The notes under the pieces were generated by a model that did no database searches, was not told the origin of the DNA, and saw only the letters and a program-made list of their open reading frames with translations. The position numbers and the translations under genes were made by a program. Positions 27,443 to 36,563 of a stretch of DNA of 64,000 nt are shown in pieces. How positions within the stretch are numbered: position 1 is the first letter of the stretch; each line of letters starts with the position of its first letter. Where the stretch lies: contig JBBRSU010000002.1 of the NCBI GenBank assembly GCA_038245195.1, positions 35,091-99,090 of the forward strand, read 5' to 3'. The stretch is from Candidatus Saccharimonadales bacterium (GTDB lineage: Bacteria > Patescibacteriota > Saccharimonadia > Saccharimonadales > UBA10212).

Positions 27443-28423
27443 TTATTGGGCAGTTTGTGGGGTCAAGCGAGTATCTAGCGCTTGCGATAAGCTGGCAAGT
27501 TCTTTGGCGATAGTATTACGAGCTTCTACCAGCTGATTGTAAGTAGTTATATTACCTCGCAATTGTCCGACACCGTTATTGTAGTTGTTAACCTCGTTGT
27601 TAAAACTATTCACACTAGCATTATATTGGCTAATTTGACCGGCTGAGCGCTGTGAATCCAGCTTTGTTCTATCGGAACTAATTTGATTTAGTTGTTGATT
27701 TAGCAGGTTTTCTTCTTGATCGATTACCACTTTCAGCTGGGCCAGCTGAATATCATCAGCTTTTATTTGGTCTGAGCGGCTGGTGAATTCAGCCTGATAA
27801 GAATTGGCGAAGTTGGTTACGGTCTGACGATTCAAAAAATAGCGTGCATAGTAGGTTTGCAGGCCTGTTGGCAAGCTAGCAACTTCAGTACCAAAAATTG
27901 AATGCATTTCATTTACAACATCGTTCGGTTCGCTTTGTTTATAAGAGTTTATAGTATCGATGATGCGTTGGTCATGGAGGTCGTGGTCATAATAATTCTG
28001 AAGTAGTCCATCTATATAATTCTTGTCCTTACTGCTTAGCCGGTCGTAAACCGCGTGCAACATTTCGTGTGCGGCTGTAACTTGCTGGACTCCAGCCAGC
28101 CGAGGATCATTAACGTTATACACAAAAATGCCAGCTTGATTACCATGATAACACCCCAAAACAATTGTTTTTTCGGTTTCATTACAATCGGTTCTAAATT
28201 GACTAGCATCAGTTTCCAGGCTAGGATGATTTACGTAAAACACATGTCTGGCATATGGGGTAAATGTGTCCTGGGTGGCTAGATTGACCACGCTGGATGA
28301 TGGGATGTAATTACGCAGCTGCCACCAATCGGTAATAGCCTGGGCTTTAAAAAATATAACAAACGGTGCCGCCAGCATGGCTAACGTTAATATAAATAAA
28401 AAGGCTCGTTTAAAAGCTGTCAT
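27443..28423 (-). CDS. Hypothetical membrane-anchored protein with an HExxH motif and a Q/N-rich coiled-coil tail
   Basis: 326 aa. It has an N-terminal TM helix (FLFILTLAMLAAPFVIFF) and a central domain with AAHEMLHAVY and a Cys pair. The C-terminal ~120 aa are heptad-like and Gln/Asn-rich. It sits between clpC and radA. Confidence 0.75.
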   Translation of the reverse strand: MTAFKRAFLFILTLAMLAAPFVIFFKAQAITDWWQLRNYIPSSSVVNLATQDTFTPYARHVFYVNHPSLETDASQFRTDCNETEKTIVLGCYHGNQAGIFVYNVNDPRLAGVQQVTAAHEMLHAVYDRLSSKDKNYIDGLLQNYYDHDLHDQRIIDTINSYKQSEPNDVVNEMHSIFGTEVASLPTGLQTYYARYFLNRQTVTNFANSYQAEFTSRSDQIKADDIQLAQLKVVIDQEENLLNQQLNQISSDRTKLDSQRSAGQISQYNASVNSFNNEVNNYNNGVGQLRGNITTYNQLVEARNTIAKELASLSQALDTRLTPQTAQ

Positions 28424-28450
28424 CTTATAAGACTTTATTATAGCTTAAGA

Positions 28451-30943
28451 CTACTCTAGGGCGGCGGCGTATATTAGCTCAACCACTTGCTGTTTACCGC
28501 GTTTGGCGTTGACAGTAACAACATCGCCAGTATGATAATTATCTTCTAGCAGGCCGCCGGCAATGGCATCTTCTAGAGTTTCTTGGAGTAATCGTCGCAT
28601 TGGTCGGGCTCCGTTAAGTGCATCATAACCGCTTTCTAAGAGGAATTGCTTAGCCTTAGGACTAACTTGTAAACCGATGCCTTTTTTTACTAAACGACTC
28701 CGTAGGTCCTCTAACTGAATATCTAAAATCTCTAAAGCATCTTTTCGAGTTAAGGCTCTAAAGACGATTACCTTATCGATTCGATTCAGCAGCTCCGGAC
28801 GCATCATCTTTTTAAGCTCATCCAAAACTTTGGTTTTGTTGGCTTCATGTAGCTCATCCAGATTATCAAAGTCGGCTGATTTTTGGGCCGAAAATCCGAA
28901 GCTAGCCTCTTTTTGAAGTTTTTCGGCACCAATATTACTGGTCATGATGATTATAGTGTTGGTAAAGTCGATTTTCCGACCTTTGGCATCACTCAATACA
29001 CCATCCTCCAAAATTTGAAGTAACATATTAAACACATCGGGGTGGGCTTTTTCAATTTCGTCAAATAGCACTACGCTGTAAGGCTGACGCCGGATACGGT
29101 CAGTTAACTGGCCAGGGTCATCGTAGCCCACATAGCCGGCCGGTGCACCGATCAGCCGTGCCACCGTATGATGCTCACCAAATTCACTCATATCAATTTT
29201 GACCAGAGCTTCTTCACTGCCAAAGAACTCTCTGGCCAGTACTCGCCCCAGCTCGGTTTTACCCACGCCAGTTGGACCCATAAAAATGAAGGAACCGATT
29301 GGTCGTTTTTCGCTAGAGATGCCCGAACGAGACCGCCGGACGGCTTTAGCAACGGTTTCCACAGCCTCTTCTTGGCCGATAATATACTTGCCAAGGTTCT
29401 TTTCCAGCCCCACAAGATACTTGGCTTCCGAGCGAATCACTTTGGTAACTGGAACGCCGGTAATCCTAGCTACCGTCTCGGCCATATCATCAGTTGTTAA
29501 CTTTATTGGCTTGCCAGTTCGGCTGGTAGCCTCTAACTGTTTAATCCGCTCGCCTAACTGAGAAGCTTTTTGTTTCTCACGGGCGGCTTTTTCATAATCT
29601 TCGGCGTCAACTGCATCATCAATCCGTGAATTTATTAGTTTTAACTCTTTTTGCAATTGTCGTAACTCCGGTGGGGTCTTACCCTTATTAACGCGTAAGT
29701 AAGCCGAGGTTTCATCTAGTAGGTCGATAGCTTTATCAGGCATGTAGCGATCGTTAATGTATCGCCTGGCAAATTGGACAGTGTCTTCTAGAACTTCGTC
29801 GCTAACCTTAACCCCGTGGAAATCTTCATAATGCTTGCGAAGCCCCTTTAGAATGGCCAGAGTTTCACTGGGTGTGGTTTCTGGCACTTTAACCGGCTGG
29901 AAACGTCGCTCTAAAGCGGCGTCTTTTTCGATATACCGGGTATATTCATCGGTTGTAGTCGCCCCAATCATTTGGATTTTACCGCGGGCTAGACTAGGTT
30001 TTAGAATATTTCCGGCGTCCATGGAGCCCTCCGCCGCTCCGGCACCAACAATCAAATGTAGCTCATCGATAAACACAATCGCATTTTTGTCCTGTTCTAA
30101 CTCAGCAATCACTTTTTTGAGTCGCTCTTCAAACTCACCGCGATACTTGGTTCCAGCTATCATGCCGGCCAAATCTAGAGTAACGAGGCGCTTTTCCATC
30201 AAACTATCCGGTACATCTTCGTTCACAATTCTTTGAGCTAGGCCTTCAACGATTGCGGTTTTACCAACGCCTGGTTCGCCAATCAGAACTGGATTGTTTT
30301 TGTTACGCCGATTTAGGATGGTAATAACTCGCTTGATTTGTGGTTCTCGCCCAACGACTGGGTCTAACTTCTTTTCTCGAGCTAATTTTGTCAAATCTGT
30401 GCCAAAAAAATCTAAGGCACTCTTTTTGCCACTTTTTCCTCGCCGGCGACTATTGCCGTCAGTTTCGTCGGTTTCGTATTGTTGTTTTTGCAGAAACTGC
30501 TCAACTTCGCCACTTAATCGATCAATATCAACGCTCATGTCACGCAGTAATTGTGTGGCCCGAGCGTTTTTTTGGCTAAGAATGCTGTAAAGAACATGTT
30601 CAGTGCCACAATAGTCTTGGTTGAACTCTTGGGCAATTTCCCAAGCCATCTTAAGAGTCAGTTTGGCGGTTTCGGATAAACCTTTGCCACCCATGTTAAT
30701 AACTAGAGTCTTCGGGGTTAAATTCAGTGCTAATCGAGCTCGTTCGAGAGTTACACTAGCCCCATCAAGTATTTTGGCGGCCATTGAGCCTTCTTGAGCT
30801 AAGACTCCCAGTAATAAATGCTCCGTCCCGATATAGGCACTGCCGCTAGCCCTAGCGATGGCATCGGCGTGCCGTAAACTATGGAGCGCATTGTTAGTTA
30901 AATGGCTCAAAAATTCTTGAAAATCAGGTGAATTTGGAATCAT
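28451..30943 (-). CDS. clpC: ATP-dependent Clp protease ATP-binding subunit ClpC
   Basis: 830 aa. It has two Clp_N repeats, two AAA+ modules (GEPGVGKTA and GPTGVGKTE) and a UVR-like linker between them. Confidence 0.95.
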   Translation of the reverse strand: MIPNSPDFQEFLSHLTNNALHSLRHADAIARASGSAYIGTEHLLLGVLAQEGSMAAKILDGASVTLERARLALNLTPKTLVINMGGKGLSETAKLTLKMAWEIAQEFNQDYCGTEHVLYSILSQKNARATQLLRDMSVDIDRLSGEVEQFLQKQQYETDETDGNSRRRGKSGKKSALDFFGTDLTKLAREKKLDPVVGREPQIKRVITILNRRNKNNPVLIGEPGVGKTAIVEGLAQRIVNEDVPDSLMEKRLVTLDLAGMIAGTKYRGEFEERLKKVIAELEQDKNAIVFIDELHLIVGAGAAEGSMDAGNILKPSLARGKIQMIGATTTDEYTRYIEKDAALERRFQPVKVPETTPSETLAILKGLRKHYEDFHGVKVSDEVLEDTVQFARRYINDRYMPDKAIDLLDETSAYLRVNKGKTPPELRQLQKELKLINSRIDDAVDAEDYEKAAREKQKASQLGERIKQLEATSRTGKPIKLTTDDMAETVARITGVPVTKVIRSEAKYLVGLEKNLGKYIIGQEEAVETVAKAVRRSRSGISSEKRPIGSFIFMGPTGVGKTELGRVLAREFFGSEEALVKIDMSEFGEHHTVARLIGAPAGYVGYDDPGQLTDRIRRQPYSVVLFDEIEKAHPDVFNMLLQILEDGVLSDAKGRKIDFTNTIIIMTSNIGAEKLQKEASFGFSAQKSADFDNLDELHEANKTKVLDELKKMMRPELLNRIDKVIVFRALTRKDALEILDIQLEDLRSRLVKKGIGLQVSPKAKQFLLESGYDALNGARPMRRLLQETLEDAIAGGLLEDNYHTGDVVTVNAKRGKQQVVELIYAAALE

Positions 30944-31010
30944 ATCTTTTAGTTTAATCCCTCAATCTTATTTTTAGCTGTAAGCTGTTTTAAAAAAACG
31001 CTACTTAAAC

Positions 31011-31041
31011 ATGATACCACGAATTAGCACTCGCGTGTCAA
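31011..31041 (-). promoter_or_regulatory. Candidate clpC promoter (TTGACA-19-TATCAT, with an extended -10 TGGTATCAT)
   Basis: Minus-strand read: TTGGCACTCTTGACACGCGAGTGCTAATTCGTGGTATCAT. The -35 sits in the CIRCE spacer. The spacer length is suboptimal, but a TGn extension is present. Confidence 0.4.
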
Positions 31042-31050
31042 GAGTGCCAA
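31024..31050. promoter_or_regulatory. CIRCE-like inverted repeat (HrcA-type operator) upstream of clpC
   Basis: The plus strand reads TTAGCACTC-N9-GAGTGCcAA, so 17 of 18 arm positions match the consensus. It lies ~80-105 nt upstream of the clpC ATG, just downstream of the nusA stop. Confidence 0.65.
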
Positions 31051-31064
31051 TTTAGCTGGTTATT

Positions 31065-32270
31065 CTACTCTTTTGGTTCGGTACTGTGCTCTTCGATAGC
31101 TTCGAGCAGGGAGCTTTCTAGCTCACTTTTTCGTTTTAGCTTTTGGACTACTGGCTTGGATTCTACACTAATCGGTTCAGTCACTTCTGGTTCAATCTCG
31201 GCATTAACCTCAGGTTCTGACTGCGGACTACCGGCAGGTTTGTTAGGTTCGACATCCAGCTCAAAACCACTCAATTTACCCGCCAAACGGACATTTTGAC
31301 CCGATTTACCAATCGCAATACTTAATTGATCTTCTGGAACTATTACAGTTGCCTTTCCGTCCTTTAGCACGACCTTTGTAACATTGGCTGGTTTCATAGC
31401 GTTAGCCACAAAAGTGGCGGCGTCAGCGTCCCAAACTACAATATCAATCATTTCTTGATTACCGATTTCATCACGTACAGCATTAATTCGAGTACCGTGT
31501 CCGCCGACAAAGGTTCCAACCGGATCTACACCTTGGACATTGGAAGCCACAGCAATCTTGGACCTCACACCTGGCTCCCTAGCAACTTCTTTAATTTCGA
31601 CTGCCTTATTTTCCATTTCTGGTACTTCAGATTGGAACAATAATTCAATGAATTCCTTGGAGCCACGACTAACGATTAGTTGGGGTCCGCGGAAACCCTT
31701 TTCGACATCTTTTAGGTATAGTTTTAGGCGTTGGCCGGGATAATAGCGCTCACCCTGAATCTGTTCACTAACCGGCAAAATACCTTGGGCTCGGCCTAGT
31801 TCAACCCTGACCATTCGGCCTTCAACCCGGGTTACAACACCGTTAACTAATCCGCCAATCTTATCCTCATATTCGGCTAGCACAATTTCCCGCTCAGCTT
31901 CGCGCAAACGCTGTAGAATAACTTGCTTAGCAGTTTGAGCCGCCACTCGGCCAAAATCTTTAACCGGTTGTTCAAGCTCAACGGTTTCACCGACTTTGGC
32001 ATTTTTTCGCATAACTTGAGCCTGGGCTAAGCTAATTTGAGTGTGCTCGTTTTCAACTTCATCGACTACTTCCTTGGTAACAAAAGCCGTGACATCACCA
32101 GTATTTAAATTCATGGTGATGCGAACATCTTGCTCGCGATCGCCATAGTCACGCCGCCAAGCGGCCGCTAGGGCCTGTTGGACTACATCCTGAACTTGAT
32201 CTTCTGGTAAGTTCTTCTCCTCAGCTATTACCTTAATAGCCTGAGCTAATTGTTTAAAATCCATTTCCAT
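31065..32270 (-). CDS. nusA: Transcription termination/antitermination factor NusA
   Basis: 401 aa with an N-terminal RNAP-binding domain, S1 and two KH domains (GKSGQNVRLA), followed by an acidic Pro/Glu-rich tail. Confidence 0.95.
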   Translation of the reverse strand: MEMDFKQLAQAIKVIAEEKNLPEDQVQDVVQQALAAAWRRDYGDREQDVRITMNLNTGDVTAFVTKEVVDEVENEHTQISLAQAQVMRKNAKVGETVELEQPVKDFGRVAAQTAKQVILQRLREAEREIVLAEYEDKIGGLVNGVVTRVEGRMVRVELGRAQGILPVSEQIQGERYYPGQRLKLYLKDVEKGFRGPQLIVSRGSKEFIELLFQSEVPEMENKAVEIKEVAREPGVRSKIAVASNVQGVDPVGTFVGGHGTRINAVRDEIGNQEMIDIVVWDADAATFVANAMKPANVTKVVLKDGKATVIVPEDQLSIAIGKSGQNVRLAGKLSGFELDVEPNKPAGSPQSEPEVNAEIEPEVTEPISVESKPVVQKLKRKSELESSLLEAIEEHSTEPKE

Positions 32271-32425
32271 AGTCTGTGTCCTTTCAGCCGAAATAATTAT
32301 ATTTTTTGCTCAATGAATGATTAAAGAATCATTTTTCTGAGGTTTTTTAAGAAAAAAGCCGACCATTGTGGCCGGAGTTCAATAATTAATATATCAAATC
32401 CGCCACCGAATGGCAAGCTGTTACA

Positions 32426-35008
32426 ATGGTTGCAGTGAAGCAGGTAAAACGACTCTACTCGGAATTTAAGCCCGAGCGGTATGAAGTTTTTTTGGAGCCA
32501 AATGCCGAAAAAAAAATATTTTCGGGACGGGTCATTATTACTGGTCGAAAAACCGGACGGCCTAGCCAGCGGATTACGCTGCATCAAAAAAGTTTAAAAA
32601 TTACCAAAGTCGAGATTTTAAAATTAAACAAATCTGGCGACGAACCCCAGGAACTAGATCGTATAAATACTCACGGTAGCTACGATGAAATCCGCTTGCA
32701 CACTAAGCAACCAATCCATTCGGGGCAATATAAAATAATTATTGAATTTAACGGCCGAATTACCGAACCGATGCACGGCATTTACCCCTGTAATTTTGAG
32801 CTAGATGGACAAAAGAGGCAATTAATCGCTACTCAGTTTGAGAGCCATCATGCCCGAGAGGTCTTTCCTTGCATAGATGAGCCAGAAGCTAAAGCAGTTT
32901 TTAGTCTCAGCCTAAAAACTCCGGCCGGCCAAACGGTCATATCAAATACCCCGTCTTTGTCAGTAGAAAACTCTGGCCCAACAAAACTAACGGTTTTTGA
33001 AGATACCCCAAAAATGAGTACTTACTTACTGGCTTTTGTTTACGGTGATTTAAGTTTTTCTGAAGCCAAAACTACGAACGACACCGACGTAAGAGTATAT
33101 TCCACACCTGACAAGGCTGATCTAACCGCTTTTGCACTTGAAACGGCAGTTAGGTGTTTAGAATTTTTCGAAGATTATTTCGGCATAGCCTATCCTTTAC
33201 CGAAACTGGATATGATTGGGTTGCCGGATTTTTCATCTGGTGCCATGGAAAACTGGGGCTTAATTACTTTCCGTGAACAAGTACTGTATGTTGACCCAAA
33301 AACCACCGGGATAGACACCAGGCAGTTTGTGGCCATGGTGGTCTGTCACGAAATTGCCCACCAGTGGTTCGGCAACCTGGTCACCATGAAATGGTGGAAT
33401 GACCTATGGCTAAATGAGAGTTTTGCTAATTTAATGGAGTACCGTGCCGTCGACGAGTTATTCCCAGAATGGAAAATCTGGGAAGAATTTACAACTCGTG
33501 AAATGGGCCAAGCCTTATACCGTGATGCATTACCAACCGTACAAGCTGTCCAAACCGCTGTTAATCATCCAGATGAGCTAAGTTCTTTATTCGACCCTTC
33601 AATTGTTTACGCTAAAGGCGGTGCCTTGCTCAACATGGTACGACATCTAGTCGGCGAAGCAGCCTTTAGGTCTGGTCTTAAAGCCTACTTCGAACAGTTT
33701 AAATACTCCAATACTACAGCTGACGATTTATGGACCCACCTAGAAAAGACCAGCGGGTACAAGATCGGTTCGATTATGCAGAACTGGCTTAGCAGATCCG
33801 GTTTCCCTTTACTAAACATCAATCATCAACCCGGTGATACGAAAATTGAAATATCCCAGCAAAGATTGGTGATTGGTGAATCTGGGAAAATTACTAAGAC
33901 TATCTGGCAAGTACCACTGGCGGCTAGCCAAACACTCGATAATCCCATGCTTACACGACCGAGCCAGACATATCAAATTACCCAACAAACCGATTCGCCA
34001 TTAGTGTTTAATCACAATGCCCGCAGTTATTTTGCCGCCCATTATTCCAACCCGGGACATTTTGAAGTTATATTAAGGGCGGCTAAAGAACAGATCTTGG
34101 GTCCAATCGACAGATTGTTATTGGTTCAGGGTTACTCACTGATGGAAAGGGCTGGATTGGTCCAAACCGTCGAAAACCTACGCTTGGTCGAAGCTTTAGC
34201 CAAAGACCGTGAACCGGCGGTCTGGAGCATTTTGGGTGGCATTCTCGGTGGCGTACGGTCATTACTCGATAAAGATGAAGTTTTGCAGCAAAAATATGAT
34301 TCTTTTATTAGGCCACTGGCCGCTCCCTTGGTGGCCGAACTCGGCTGGAGAGGTAAGGATGGGGATAGTTCTCAAATTCAAAAATTTAGAGCGATGGCTC
34401 TTGATTTAGCCGCCGGAGCCGAAGATGTGAAAGTTATCGAGCATGGACTAAAGTTATTCGCTAAGTTTTCTAAGCCAGCCGATTTGGCATCAGATATAAG
34501 ATCGAGTGTCTACTTTATTGCAGTTCGCTATGGTACGAAAGCCGACTTTGATAAATTACTAAAGTTACACAAAAATTTAGCTAATGCTGAAGAAAAAGAA
34601 GCTGTAGCATTTGAACTTACCACCACCAGGGATTTAGCCCAAATTCAACGACTGAGCCAAATTCTTACTAGCACTGATGTACGCCTACAGGACACGCCAA
34701 CTTGGTTTGGATTATTAATGCGTAATCGGTTTGCGACCGAAACGGCTTGGGCCTGGCTAAAAGCCAATTGGGATTGGATTGAAGATAAATATGGCAGCGA
34801 TAAATCTTACGACCGATTTCCAAGATATGCAGCTATGGCTTTTTCGTACCCAGAACAGTTAGCTGATTATAAAAGTTTTTTCAAATCGAAATCGAACTTA
34901 GCATTAGAACGCTCGATTTTACTTGGTATAGAAGAAATTGAAGGCCGAATAACCTGGCGACAAAAAAACCAATCGGCTGTCGTCGAATGGGTCAGCCAAC
35001 TTCAGTAA
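32426..35008 (+). CDS. pepN: Aminopeptidase N (M1 family zinc metallopeptidase)
   Basis: 860 aa with GAMENWG, HEIAHQWFGN...WLNESFA and a C-terminal ERAP1-like domain. The start may instead be the in-frame GTG at 32435, because a TGTTACAAT extended -10-like box overlaps the ATG. Confidence 0.93.
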   Translation: MVAVKQVKRLYSEFKPERYEVFLEPNAEKKIFSGRVIITGRKTGRPSQRITLHQKSLKITKVEILKLNKSGDEPQELDRINTHGSYDEIRLHTKQPIHSGQYKIIIEFNGRITEPMHGIYPCNFELDGQKRQLIATQFESHHAREVFPCIDEPEAKAVFSLSLKTPAGQTVISNTPSLSVENSGPTKLTVFEDTPKMSTYLLAFVYGDLSFSEAKTTNDTDVRVYSTPDKADLTAFALETAVRCLEFFEDYFGIAYPLPKLDMIGLPDFSSGAMENWGLITFREQVLYVDPKTTGIDTRQFVAMVVCHEIAHQWFGNLVTMKWWNDLWLNESFANLMEYRAVDELFPEWKIWEEFTTREMGQALYRDALPTVQAVQTAVNHPDELSSLFDPSIVYAKGGALLNMVRHLVGEAAFRSGLKAYFEQFKYSNTTADDLWTHLEKTSGYKIGSIMQNWLSRSGFPLLNINHQPGDTKIEISQQRLVIGESGKITKTIWQVPLAASQTLDNPMLTRPSQTYQITQQTDSPLVFNHNARSYFAAHYSNPGHFEVILRAAKEQILGPIDRLLLVQGYSLMERAGLVQTVENLRLVEALAKDREPAVWSILGGILGGVRSLLDKDEVLQQKYDSFIRPLAAPLVAELGWRGKDGDSSQIQKFRAMALDLAAGAEDVKVIEHGLKLFAKFSKPADLASDIRSSVYFIAVRYGTKADFDKLLKLHKNLANAEEKEAVAFELTTTRDLAQIQRLSQILTSTDVRLQDTPTWFGLLMRNRFATETAWAWLKANWDWIEDKYGSDKSYDRFPRYAAMAFSYPEQLADYKSFFKSKSNLALERSILLGIEEIEGRITWRQKNQSAVVEWVSQLQ

Positions 35009-35333
35009 TTTGGATTTCCTGACAGTTGGCCCCACTAACAGCAGCCGCCATTAGCAGGTAGTCCTTGCTCCATTTGTGATGTTGGGTCCATAGTTCAGCT
35101 GCAAAAGCCATTCTTTTAAGTTTTTTATTAGTGATGTATTCAAAGCCACTGCCTTGATCTTGGCTAGCTCGATACTTTACTTCAATAAAGTAAACGACGT
35201 TGGTTTTTTGCATTATTAAATCAATTTCACACAGCTTAGTCTTCCAGTTCCTGTCAATTAACAATAGGCCTTGTTGTTCAAGCAGTTCGGCCACAGCGGT
35301 TTCGGCAGCTAAGCCTTGGGCTGTGGTTTTCAT
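34992..35333 (-). CDS. YraN-family (UPF0102) endonuclease-like protein
   Basis: 113 aa: GLAAETAVAELLEQQG...CEIDLIM...VYFIEVKYR, the typical YraN/PD-(D/E)xK pattern. It overlaps the 3' end of pepN convergently by 17 nt. Confidence 0.85.
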   Translation of the reverse strand: MKTTAQGLAAETAVAELLEQQGLLLIDRNWKTKLCEIDLIMQKTNVVYFIEVKYRASQDQGSGFEYITNKKLKRMAFAAELWTQHHKWSKDYLLMAAAVSGANCQEIQITEVG

Positions 35334-35905
35334 TATTGTCTTACCAGACTTTTAATTGGAGAAAATGAGTAACGGTGATGCTTAGGGATTGCACCGAATA
35401 GTTTAAGTGCATTTTGATGTTGGGGAGTACCATAGCCGACATGCTTTTCAAAAAAATAATTTGGATAGGTTTTGGACAGCTTTTGCATGTACTCATCACG
35501 TTTTACTTTAGCGTAGATACTGGCAGCCGAAACTATCGGCACTGAATTATCTGCTTTAATAACCGCTTTTGAGTCCGTGTACTTTTTGGGAATGTAATTT
35601 ATTTTACCATCTATAATAATATTTTCGTCAGTTCCAGCCGCAACCTGGCGTAGTGATCTTGCGACACCTAGCTTTAAAGCCCTAGCCAATCCCATACTAT
35701 CGATCTCAACATTACTCACCCAGCCCTCTCCGAAATCACAACAAGTATGTAACAGCTCGTATATTTGCCAGCGTTGGATTTTACTCATTAGTTTAGAATC
35801 GCGTACTCCCTCTGGCAGTTCACCATTTTGGCGAGCAGCTACAACTAGTAATGGTCCCGCCCAGCACCCTCTGCCCACTTCATCAATCCCAATTAAATAA
35901 CCCAT
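35333..35905 (-). CDS. rnhB: Ribonuclease HII
   Basis: 190 aa with GIDEVGRGCWAGPL, DSK and ASIYAK motifs. Confidence 0.93.
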   Translation of the reverse strand: MGYLIGIDEVGRGCWAGPLLVVAARQNGELPEGVRDSKLMSKIQRWQIYELLHTCCDFGEGWVSNVEIDSMGLARALKLGVARSLRQVAAGTDENIIIDGKINYIPKKYTDSKAVIKADNSVPIVSAASIYAKVKRDEYMQKLSKTYPNYFFEKHVGYGTPQHQNALKLFGAIPKHHRYSFSPIKSLVRQ

Positions 35906-35940
35906 GTTTCTAAGATAGCATGGGTCCTGTTAGTTAGGCT

Positions 35941-36522
35941 TTAGTTTTGGTCTTCGGCGGGAACTTTAGCTTCGGCTTTTTCAGTAGGTTGTGCTTCTAG
36001 TTTTTCGGCGTCCGTTTTCGGAGCCTCGGCGGTCGCAGCACTGGCTTCGGCCTCTTCGGCTTGTTTTTCGGCCTTAGCGGCCTCAGGATCATATGCTTCG
36101 ACTTGTTCTTCGTGAATTCGTTCTTCTTCGGCTTCGGCAATCTCGTCATGAATAGCATTAACAGATTCTTTATCGAACTCCACACCTGATAAGCGGGCAC
36201 TTTTACCAGTTAAGTTTCGCATATAGGTTAGGTAATTACGACGGACTTTGCTACGACGAACCACTTCAATCTTTAATATATTGGGTGAGTGAATCAAAAA
36301 AGTTTTTTCAACACCGACGCCACTGGCAATTCGTCTAACGCAAAAATTACTGGTTAAACTACCTTTGCGGCTGGCTTTTATAACAAGACCTTCAAAAATC
36401 TGGATGCGCTCTTTGCCACCTTCACGGATTTTTTGGTGAACTTTAACCGTATCGCCGCTTTTTACGTCGATAACCGCCTTTTTCTTATACTTGGTTCCGA
36501 TTTGTTCTGCTACACTCGCCAT
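35941..36522 (-). CDS. rplS: 50S ribosomal protein L19 with an ~80-aa acidic C-terminal extension
   Basis: The N-terminal ~115 aa are canonical L19 ([23 protein letters not shown]...[14 protein letters not shown]). The remainder is Glu/Ala/Lys-rich. Confidence 0.93.
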   Translation of the reverse strand: MASVAEQIGTKYKKKAVIDVKSGDTVKVHQKIREGGKERIQIFEGLVIKASRKGSLTSNFCVRRIASGVGVEKTFLIHSPNILKIEVVRRSKVRRNYLTYMRNLTGKSARLSGVEFDKESVNAIHDEIAEAEEERIHEEQVEAYDPEAAKAEKQAEEAEASAATAEAPKTDAEKLEAQPTEKAEAKVPAEDQN

Positions 36523-36531
36523 AACCGATAA

Positions 36532-36560
36532 ATTTTACCGTAAAAACACCTTTAAATCAA
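36532..36560 (-). promoter_or_regulatory. Candidate rplS promoter (TTGATT-17-TAAAAT), with the -10 ending 9 nt before the ATG
   Basis: Minus-strand read: TTGATTTAAAGGTGTTTTTACGGTAAAATTTATCGGTTATG. There is no Shine-Dalgarno sequence between the -10 and the start. Confidence 0.5.
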
Positions 36561-36563
36561 CAG

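Noticed and set aside
29168-30590. Several plus-strand ORFs (79-133 aa) antisense to clpC. Similar antisense ORFs lie inside dnaE (41791-42198), pheT (62470-63171), gdh (16323-16703), the ytxH gene (43501-43830), trxB (58927-59289) and rpoC/rpoB.
   Set aside because: All lie wholly within strongly supported conserved genes on the opposite strand. Their composition is Ser/Arg/Leu-rich, typical of antisense frames, and they lack promoter or SD context.
32316-32336. Hairpin AATGATT-AAAG-AATCATT followed by TTTTCT in the nusA/pepN divergent region
   Set aside because: It looks like a small terminator on the plus strand, but no plus-strand gene lies upstream to terminate. The stem is AT-only and it overlaps the probable nusA -35 region. 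I left it uncalled.
32321-32587. 88-aa minus-strand ORF spanning the nusA-pepN intergenic region and the pepN 5' end
   Set aside because: It overlaps the pepN start on the opposite strand, has no homology that I recognise, and has unusual composition.
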